Source: Reclinomonas americana ATCC 50394
Lineage: Eukaryota
DNA length: 32,621 nucleotides
Direction: 5' to 3'
NCBI GenBank assembly: GCA_048213135.1
Contig: PS015082.1
Coordinates: 292,344-324,964 of the forward strand
The position numbers and the translations under genes are program-made. The notes beneath the pieces are model-generated. The model was given only the letters and a program-made list of their open reading frames with translations. It was not told where the DNA came from and searched no databases. Below are positions 12,001 through 19,903 of this stretch, piece by piece. How positions within the stretch are numbered: the first letter of the stretch is position 1; each line of letters begins with the position of its first letter.

Positions 12001-14740
12001 NNNNNNNNNNNNNNNNNNNNNNNNNNNNNNNNNNNNNNNNNNNNNNNNNNNNNNNNNNNNNNNNNNNNNNNNNNNNNNNNNNNNNNNNNNNNNNNNNNNN
12101 NNNNNNNNNNNNNNNNNNNNNNNNNNNNNNNNNNNNNNNNNNNNNNNNNNNNNNNNNNNNNTGTAGGTGTCGGCGTTGGTGTCGGCGTCGGTGTTGGTGT
12201 CGACTGCAAGAGAAAACGCGCGAATGAGTGAATTGAGTGGGGCACTGCAATGTCGCAGCGAGAAAATGCGTACCGGATTCGACGGCGTCACAACGTCGGA
12301 CTGCACCGACGACGGCGACTGTGAGCGCGTTACGGTCGTCGTGTTGACGGTGACGTTGGGCACCAGGGTGCCGTCAAGCAGGGACGTTCGAATCTGGTTG
12401 GCGATGGCGGTGAGATCCATGGCCGCCAGTGGTGTAAAGTCGGCCGAGAGCGTGCCGAGGTTGGCCGCCGCTGCACTCGTATCAATCACCGCCCACATGA
12501 AACGTGTGCTGGCTGCCGCCTTGTAAATCGACTGTGAAGCAACACGCAGCAACCGAGGTAAGTTGCTCTTTCTTGCTTCATGCATTCCGGCAGGAAAAAC
12601 GCAACGTCGGCCTTCAGCAAGTGCACCAGGTCGGTCTTGCTGTTCAGACCCAGCTTGCCAGCAATGTACTCNNNNNNNNNNNNNNNNNNNNNNNNNNNNN
12701 NNNNNNNNNNNNNNNNNNNNNNNNNNNNNNNNNNNNNNNNNNNNNNNNNNNNNNNNNNNNNNNNNNNNNNNNNNNNNNNNNNNNNNNNNNNNNNNNNNNN
12801 NNNNNNNNNNNNNNNNNNNNNNNNNNNNNNNNNNNNNNNNNNNNNNNNNNNNNNNNNNNNNNNNNNNNNNNNNNNNNNNNNNNNNNNNNNNNNNNNNNNN
12901 NNNNNNNNNNNNNNNNNNNNNNNNNNNNNNNNNNNNNNNNNNNNNNNNNNNNNNNNNNNNNNNNNNNNNNNNNNNNNNNNNNNNNNNNNNNNNNNNNNNN
13001 NNNNNNNNNNNNNNNNNNNNNNNNNNNNNNNNNNNNNNNNNNNNNNNNNNNNNNNNNNNNNNNNNNNNNNNNNNNNNNNNNNNNNNNNNNNCCGACACCC
13101 ACACCGACGCCGACACCCACGCCAACGCCGACGCCGACGCCAACACCGACACCCACACCAACACCCACACCAACACCAACACCGACGCCGACGCCGACAC
13201 CGACACCAACGCCGACGCCAACGCCAACGCCGACACCGACACCGACGCCTACGCCGACGCCGACACCCACAAACCCGTCGACGGACGAGGACAAGTCGAC
13301 ACCGGCCGATGGCGGCAGTCAGACGGCAGTCATTNNNNNNNNNNNNNNNNNNNNNNNNNNNNNNNNNNNNNNNNNNNNNNNNNNNNNNNNNNNNNNNNNN
13401 NNNNNNNNNNNNNNNNNNNNNNNNNNNNNNNNNNNNNNNNNNNNNNNNNNNNNNNNNNNNNNNNNNNNNNNNNNNNNNNNNNNNNNNNNNNNNNNNNNNN
13501 NNNNNNNNNNNNNNNNNNNNNNNNNNNNNNNNNNNNNNNNNNNNNNNNNNNNNNNNNNNNNNNNNNNNNNNNNNNNNNNNNNNNNNNNNNNNNNNNNNNN
13601 NNNNNNNNNNNNNNNNNNNNNNNNNNNNNNNNNNNNNNNNNNNNNNNNNNNNNNNNNNNNGTTGGTGCCGTTGTTGGTGGTGTCATTGGCTTGCCGCTGG
13701 TCATTTTGATTGTGTGGCTGACGGCTCGCTGGTTCCGCAACCGCAAGAGCGGCCCGTTGGGTCCGCGTAATGCGGCCGCCAACTACGGCGCGGCAGCGTC
13801 GGAGGCCTCCACGCACCCGCACCAGCGCGAGCAGCCGTCGTGGTTCAACGACGACGATACGGCCACCGAGCAGACTGCCGTCGATCCGACGCCACGCACT
13901 GCGCGTGGGCACAAGGGTGGCGTCGCGCTGCCGCCGGCTCCACCGGTGCCACCGCGTGCCGTCAACTCATCTGCGCCACTGTCGCCACGCTCCGGCAACG
14001 TCTCACCGCGCCGTGGGTCGGCCGGCACACCGCGCTTGCCGCAGCTCACTCCGCGCCAGCACCAACAGCAGCAGCAACAGCAACAGCAGCAGCAGGTGGC
14101 AGCACACATGGGTCGCAGCGATCGTGGCATGATCAACTCGCCATTCGCGCCGCAGATGGAGGACGGCACCGACACTGCGCCGACCGTCACCGAGACAACA
14201 CACACATCACGCAGTGGCCGTCCCCTCCTGCCGGGCACCGGCAGTGGTGGTGTGGGTGGGGAGATTGCGCCGCGGCGCACACCGCGCACACGCGAGGCGG
14301 ATGCTGCACCGCCAAACTCGGCACGCAGCGTGTCTGGCGTGACTCTGACCACGGAGACTCCTCGTTCGGCGCGCGCACAGGCGGCGGCGACGGAGGCCGA
14401 GCGCAAGGCCGTGGCCGACGCGCTGTTTGACGAATCGAGCTCGGCGAGTGCGATTGGCAACACGACCGCCCGCCGTCGCAGCGAGACAAGCGCACTCGAT
14501 TTGCTGGATCAGGCACTGGCCAGTGAGCTGTCGCGTATGAACGGCGCGCAGAACTTTGTGCGCGTGCGCCACGGCGAGTACATTTGCAACGGCGATCACA
14601 TTACGGTGTGGGCGGCCGACGGTCGCATCTTTGTGCGCTCCCGCGGTCGCGTGATGCCACTGGCGTCGTACATCACCGACAGATCACTGTCGTCGATGCA
14701 AGGCAGCTCGACGAGCATTGACTTTGAGGATGTGTTTTGA
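1..14740 (+). CDS. Fibrocystin-L/PKHD1L1-like giant type I membrane protein (5' partial, multi-exon)
   Basis: Inferred exons: <1-659, 731-1532, [part of inverted 1696-1802], 1994-2683, 2763-4083, 4146-5149, 5228-6665, 6742-8578, 8649-8865, 8935-9731, 9816-9882, 9964-10226, 10298-10457, 10517-10577, [inverted 10951-11421 and 12162-12671], 13092-13334, 13661-14740. The GT-AG introns keep the frame. It has many IPT/TIG repeats (e.g. PSITSVSPSVGGMLGGTDVVIRGNGF), PA14, two G8 domains, parallel beta-helix segments (HPIYFNQIGD...SYVRNCSIYNSYSRG) and PKHD1L1-like C-terminal motifs (LDSDGES, GATPANLRLAL), then a PT stalk, TM and tail. Orthology is not established. Confidence 0.88.
946..1400 (+). other. 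PA14 domain within gene 1
   Basis: GRGFLREVW...NYGQRMTGFFTSQATGLHQFILTGDDSAELW...IQLVAGQRYWMQVLHKQ, with the typical DD motif. Confidence 0.8.
1696..1802 (-). other. Gap-flanked fragment of gene 1 in reverse orientation (one intron plus short coding piece)
   Basis: The reverse complement reads GA|gttgcg...gatgcag|AG TCG GGA CCG ATT GCA TTC AAT GCC AGT GGC. It joins 1532 and 1994 in frame to give QNDKKSGPIAFNASGTDVKTVLE. Confidence 0.8.
4880..5360 (+). other. F5/8 type C (discoidin/CBM32-like) galactose-binding-fold domain within gene 1, split by intron 5150-5227
   Basis: AAFDSD...FVGLDVG...IRFHP...FESSADGLSW...ARYFRY...VAEIEFRG. Confidence 0.7.
5730..6080 (+). other. G8 domain 1 within gene 1
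   Basis: WSSPATWPSGAVPVAGQSVTIPAGQSILLD...GRLEIGTEAEPF...ITLYG...GILELHG. Confidence 0.85.
8205..8578 (+). other. G8 domain 2 within gene 1
   Basis: WSNVGTWPTGTLPDTEDYVLIPSG...VRGTLTF...INGGTVNVGTATEPW...IMLYG. Confidence 0.8.
10951..11421 (-). other. Gap-flanked coding fragment of gene 1 in reverse orientation
   Basis: The minus-strand frame RVVGPLTL...LAGATPANLRLAL...GTNSFD...AARL continues the PKHD1L1-like sequence after LDSDGES (10577). Confidence 0.85.
12162..12671 (-). other. Gap-flanked fragment of gene 1 in reverse orientation (3 exon pieces, 2 introns)
   Basis: The minus strand reads EYIAGKLGLNSKTDLVHLLKAD|SIYKAAAS...VTPSNP|STPTPTPT and runs into the plus-strand PT repeat at 13092. 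Confidence 0.8.
13092..13271 (+). repeat. Coding (Pro-Thr)n stalk repeat (CCN ACN hexamers)
   Basis: About 30 PT dipeptides before the TM segment of gene 1. More copies lie in the inverted piece at 12162-12203. Confidence 0.95.
13661..13733 (+). other. Transmembrane helix of gene 1
   Basis: (AVI)VGAVVGGVIGLPLVILIVWLTARW followed by basic RNRK. Confidence 0.85.
14063..14095 (+). repeat. Coding polyglutamine (CAG/CAA) tract
   Basis: QQQQQQQQQQQ in the cytoplasmic tail of gene 1. Confidence 0.9.
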
Positions 14741-14871
14741 GGCGGGCGAGGAGTGTGGAACAGAGAAAAATATATAGAGAAACCATGTAACGAAAAACAA
14801 ATGAACGCCATGTTACCGATTGATGTGAAGAAACGATCGATATCAAGCAGGCAAGGGTCGTCGATGCTCTC

Positions 14872-16074
14872 TCAGTGGAGGACCAGTTCCTCCAACTGCA
14901 CGTCAGGGGAGAGTCGAGTGAGAAAGCAAATACATCAGCACACACAAGGAGAGAGAGGAGTAAAGCTTGTACGCACCGAGTACTCCTTCTCGCGAATGTT
15001 GCGGAAGGGTCGGTCGCCGTCAACGTAGAAATCTGGAGCGAGATGAGGAGGTGGCATGCAGGGGACATAGATTGCAGTCGCCGTCTCACCGTCGTACTTG
15101 AGGGCCACGGCACTGCGGAAGCCGAGCGTCAACAGACCACGCTGAGAGAACTCGCCGGTCGACTGGCCCACCACGCGACCAAAGTGCAACTGGCGCGCCC
15201 GCTGAACGCTGAGTTCCTCGAGAGTCGACATGATGCCCTACACGTGTGTGTGTCAGCCGCATGCAAGAAAAGTCAAGTCTGGTGGGAGCCGCGATCAGCA
15301 GACAGACCTTGTTGCGATATCGAGGACCGGCCTTGACGCCACCAATGAGCAACTGGAGCGTGTCGTCGAGGACGGTGCCGGGTTGGAAGCCGCGCTTACG
15401 GGCATACTCGTCATCCACGTACTTACTGGCGGCCAGCAGAGCGTCGGCAGCCGGGTGCGCCGCCAGCCACTCCTTCCAGCCCGGAGGACGTGGCGATCCG
15501 AACACCTGATTCAGCAGCACACCGACCATCGAGTTGTCGGTCTTGGAGAAGGCGCCAAACGACAGCCCGTTGCCCTGCGCATGGAAGAAGAGGTGTGTTG
15601 ATCAGAGATCCAGAGTGTGTGTGTGAAATGGAGACAGCCACTGACCGCGCAGTAGGGAGCGTACAACGCAGCGTATCCGGCCCACCACTCGTCGCCAATG
15701 CCTGCGTCGAGCGTGTGTGTATGAGAGAGTGTACGATCAAAGAGAGAGAGAGAGAGACTCACCGATGGCCATCGAGATCGGCTCATGCAAAAAGCTGCGC
15801 GACAAGACCACTGCCGCCTCATCGGCATCCGCCGGCCGCAGCTCACGAAACGTGACAAAGAACGACTCACGCTCCGGTGCCTTGGCACTGCGCAGAAGCC
15901 ATCAGTCGCAAAAGCAGCGCTGAACAAGCAACAGCAGAGACAAGAAAGATCGCACCTGTGAGCATCCAACGGCTTGCGCACTGCTGCAGTCGTCGACATG
16001 CAAGCAACAGAGGCGATCGTCATCGCTCTTCTGCAGAGAGCAGCACGAGGCAACGAGAGCGCCATTGTCATCAT
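14872..16074 (-). CDS. GNAT-family N-acetyltransferase (insect AANAT/dopamine N-acetyltransferase-like), about 264 aa
   Basis: Exons 16074-15956, 15887-15763, 15701-15646, 15574-15308, 15237-15090, 15032-14977, 14895-14872 splice in frame. Motifs: FRELRPADADEAAVVLSRSFLHEPI, motif A GVKAGPRYRNKGIMSTL, and STGEFSQRGLLTLGF...KYDDFYVDGDRPF. Confidence 0.8.
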
Positions 16075-16172
16075 CGCGTTGTCAGCGCTGAGATACCAAG
16101 GAGGATGCGAGGGCGATTCCCAGCAGATCGTCGATCAAACGACTAGTGGACACCAGTGCGATTGTATCATCG
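16075..16172. promoter_or_regulatory. Putative bidirectional promoter/5'UTR region between the GNAT gene and MIA40
   Basis: Divergent start codons only 98 bp apart; position-based inference only. Confidence 0.5.
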
Positions 16173-17167
16173 ATGGATCGCGATAGTGAATCGCTTGTGC
16201 CTCCACGCGGCAGTGCAGAGAGCGCAACGTGGCCATCGCCAACGCCTTCGCATGACACGTCAGCGGCCACAGCGCAGGCGCCTGCAGGAGCTGACATGTC
16301 CCACGCAGAGGCGGGAGACGATGTTGGTGAGCAGCTGTTTGGCGCAGCGGTGGCAGGTGGCGATGATGACGATGATGGGGAGTGCCCGTGCATCAAGGGC
16401 GTGAAGGTTGGTTTGTGTGTAGAGAGAGAGAGAGTGCAGAATGTGTGCATTGTGTGTCGGAGTGTGCGGAGTGNNNNNNNNNNNNNNNNNNNNNNNNNNN
16501 NNNNNNNNNNNNNNNNNNNNNNNNNNNNNNNNNNNNNNNNNNNNNNNNNNNNNNNNNNNNNNNNNNNNNNNNNNNNNNNNNNNNNNNNNNNNNNNNNNNN
16601 NNNNNNNNNNNNNNNNNNNNNNNNNNNNNNNNNNNNNNNNNNNNNNNNNNNNNNNNNNNNNNNNNNNNNNNNNNNNNNNNNNNNNNNNNNNNNNNNNNNN
16701 NNNNNNNNNNNNNNNNNNNNNNNNNNNNNNNNNNNNNNNNNNNNNNNNNNNNNNNNNNNNNNNNNNNNNNNNNNNNNNNNNNNNNNNNNNNNNNNNNNNN
16801 NNNNNNNNNNNNNNNNNNNNNNNNNNNNNNNNNNNNNNNNNNNNNNNNNNNNNNNNNNNNNNNNNNNNNNNNNNNNNNNNNNNNNNNNNNNNNNNNNNNN
16901 NNNNNNNNNNNNNNNNNNNNNNNNNNNNNNNNNNNNNNNNNNNNNNNNNNNNNNNNNNNNNNNNNNNNNNNNNNNNNNNNNNNNNNNNNNNNNNNNNNNN
17001 NNNNNNNNNNNNNNNNNNNNNNNNNNNNNNNNNNNNNNNNNNNNNNNNNNNNNNNNNNNNNNNNNNNNNNNNNNNNNNNNNNNNNNNNNNNNNNNNNNNN
17101 NNNNNNNNNNNNNNNNNNNNNNNNNNNNNNNNNNNNNNNNNNNNNNNNNNNNNNNNNNNNGTGTGTG

Positions 17168-17228
<61 letters not shown>

Positions 17229-17577
17229 AGTGAGGATCAATCTTCACATGCGCCTTGTGTGTGTCTGTGACTCACTACTTGCATGCTCACAGGAGGGACC
17301 GTGCGGCGAGGTGTTCATGGACGCCTTCAACTGCTACCGCAACAGCACAGCAGAGGAGAAGGGCAGTGACTGTGGCGAGTTCTTTGGCAAGCTGCGAGTT
17401 GCGTGCACACAGAGACGGAGATCACACGCGCGCGCGGAGTCACTGAGTGTGTGTGTGCGCGCGTAGGTGTGCATGGAGGAGCATCCAGATGCGTTTGCCA
17501 GCTTGCGAGGAGGCGATGAGGAGGAGGAGTATGACGATAGTGATGTGGACGACGCAGTGACGGCGTTGTCACCTTGA
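16173..17577 (+). CDS. MIA40: Mitochondrial intermembrane-space oxidoreductase Mia40/CHCHD4
   Basis: Exons 16173-16406, 17293-17397, 17467-17577 give CPC-IKGVKEGP-CGEVFMDAFNC-YRNSTAEEKGSD-CGEFFGKLRVC-MEEHPD. This is CPC plus twin CX9C with canonical spacing and an acidic tail. Confidence 0.93.
17161..17227. repeat. (GT)n microsatellite in MIA40 intron 1, abutting an assembly gap
   Basis: Near-perfect GT dinucleotide run after the N gap. Confidence 0.95.
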
Positions 17578-17682
17578 TGCATGCTTGTTTGCTATTTGGT
17601 TTTTGTGATCCACACCCGCGTATAGAGGGCGAGTGAGTGAGTGGGGAATACACTACTGTTTGCTTGCTTTTACTCATCGCTA

Positions 17683-18018
17683 TCATCGTGGTCGCTTTGC
17701 CTGTGTGCGCATGCGTCAGCAAAAGGAGTGTGTCGAGTGACAATGAGCGACGCAACGTGCTGTTGAATGCACGTCCATAGTTGCATAAACTCCGCCTCGC
17801 ACGTGTTCTGCTGCAGCTGCTTCATGTTGCTGGTCACACAGGCACCGTATGCACGAGCCTTGCATGCAGTCGCACAGTCAGTCACTCATCTCTCACACAC
17901 TCACAGGCACACATCGCACCTGCACGTGGCACTGTGCAAGTGCGCTGGCCAGTCGATGCGGTTGTCGCACAGACGCAGACTCTGTGGAGAAGAGGCGGGC
18001 CTGCGCGCTGCGACTCAT
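17683..18018 (-). CDS. NDUFAF8: NDUFAF8-like (C17orf89-like) twin-CX9C protein, about 72 aa
   Basis: Exons 18018-17920, 17858-17757, 17700-17683 give MSRSAQ...RLASALAQCHVQARAYGACVTSNMKQLQQNTCEAEFMQLWTCIQQHAKRPR. The C...A.AYG.CV and C..EF..L..C patterns match NDUFAF8. The last exon is less certain; read-through would stop at 17670. Confidence 0.75.
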
Positions 18019-18083
18019 GCGGAAATAGCAAACAGAGTGTGTCCTGCAAGCCCTCTCTCTTTGTTGTTTGTCTGTGTAGTGCA
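18019..18083. promoter_or_regulatory. Putative bidirectional promoter/5'UTR region between the NDUFAF8-like gene and PGGT1B
   Basis: Divergent ATGs only 65 bp apart; inference. Confidence 0.45.
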
Positions 18084-19791
18084 ATGGAGCACGTGCGTGT
18101 GGGCGAAGGAGTCGACTTTGGTGCGTGGTTCGACAAGCCACGCCACCAAAAGTACTTTAGTGGCATCTTGTCGCAGTTGCCCTTCCCGTTCCAGGTGAGC
18201 AATGCACTCACACACAGCACACACAGAGCATGCCAGTGAGGGTGTCCATTGAGAGAGAGAGAGAGAGAACGAGCATGGGGGAGACAGCGAGTGAAATGCT
18301 CAGTGATAGAGCATGCATTCATCATCATCATCATCAATCTCTATCTTTGACGCAGACTCTCGATCCGAATCGACTAATGTTGGTGTACTTTGCGGTGTCG
18401 GGCTTGGATCTGCTGGATGGTCTGCACTTGTGTGATCGGGCGGCGATCACTGAGTGGGTAATGTCGGCATTCGCGGCCGATCCAGTCGTGTTTGAGGGCG
18501 CAGGTGGTTTCCGACCGGGCCCTTTCCTCGGCTTGCCCTTTGCTCCGGTAACTACTGCTGCTGCTGCAGCTGTTGTCGCGTGGGAGAGACGGTTGATTGT
18601 CGATCTCGTGCAGGAGGAGCGACGGAGAGCGGTGCACGACAACTTGCCGCTGGCGCAGTTTGACTCGCCCCACCTGGCCATGACGTACACGGCGTGCTGC
18701 ATTCTGCGCATTCTGCATCAGGGCGCGACGCCGTATGTGCCGCAGTTTGAGCTGGAGCCAGTGCGACGGCTGTTGCGTGCCACGCAGACGGAGAGTGGGA
18801 GGTGAGTGGTTGGTTCGGCGGCGGTATCGGCGATGCGGTGAACTCACTTGCGACGTAGCTTCCGTGGCTACATGGGCTCGACGGAGACGGACATGCGGTT
18901 TTTGTTCTGCGGCAGTGCCATTGCCGCGATGCTCAATCTGTGGGATGCCTACGACAAGGACACAGCAGTGCAGTATGTGCGGAGCAGTCAGGTGCGATTG
19001 CACGCGTGTGACTCGCTTGCTGCGTTCTTTCCTAAATCCCACATCGCAGTCATGGGATCACGGTCTCGGGCAGTCGCCGGGACAGGAGTCACAAGGTGTG
19101 ACGCGATGTGGCGTCTGCTCCTTCCTCTCTTCGCTTTCCTCACGCGCGACATGCACAGGCGGTTCAACGTTTTGCGGCGTGTCATCTCTGGCTCTGATGG
19201 GTCGCCTGGACGACTTCCACAGCCGCGACGAGCTGGTCGACTGGTGCGCGAAGCGGCAAGTGGGCGGCTTCCAGGGTCGTCCCAACAAGGATCCCGGTTG
19301 CGTCCTTGCTTTTTCTGCAACGTGCGCTGCCGAGTTCCCTCGATTGACCGCGGTTGTGCAGACACGTGCTACTCGTTTTGGATCGGGAGCTCGCTGTCGA
19401 TTCTCGATGCCTACGAGTACGTGGATGTGTCGAGTGCAGTGGACTTTGCACGGCAGTGCCAGGACGCTCGGTGAGTGTGCCGACGTCGTTCTCTCTGCTT
19501 TTTTGTCGCTCACAGTGAACCGCCTTTGCGACAGTGGCGGCTTTTCAAAATTCCCCGGCATTCGCGCCGACCCCATGCATGCGTACCTCGGTCTGGCTGG
19601 TCTGTCGTTGATGGGTCATCCAGTTGCGTTGGCTTTCTTGCCTGAGTGCCATTCCCCTCCCCACTCCACGCTCACTCACGTTGCTCAACAACGCGCAGGA
19701 CGTGGCGCGGCTGGATCCGTGCCTCAACATTTCCGTTCGTGCATCGGGTGAGCTGTACACGGCACGCGCAGGCGCTGACGCAGCCGAGTGA
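18084..19791 (+). CDS. PGGT1B: Protein geranylgeranyltransferase type I beta subunit
   Basis: Exons 18084-18194, 18356-18547, 18614-18801, 18859-18991, 19050-19095, 19159-19296, 19362-19470, 19535-19622, 19699-19791. Motifs: HQKYF...LP, LDPNRLMLVYFAVSGLDLL, HLAMTY, ETDMRF, GGSTFC, GFQGRPNKDPDTCYSFW (Zn ligands D and C), GGFSKFP...DPMHAYLGL. Confidence 0.92.
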
Positions 19792-19903
19792 GATCCCACG
19801 CCCCTTGTGTGTGTGTGTGTGATGCCAGTGCGTCCCCGTTCAATACAATGTGTAACGCGGTAGTGGTTGTAGGTAGCAACAAAACAAGTTTTCTTTGTAC
19901 ACT

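Noticed and set aside
10531-13242. 903-aa minus-strand ORF suggesting a nested antisense gene
   Set aside because: It spans N gaps, and its real coding parts are inverted fragments of gene 1
16260-17270. ORFs with HTHT/VCVC repeats
   Set aside because: They are translations of an intronic (GT)n microsatellite and an N gap
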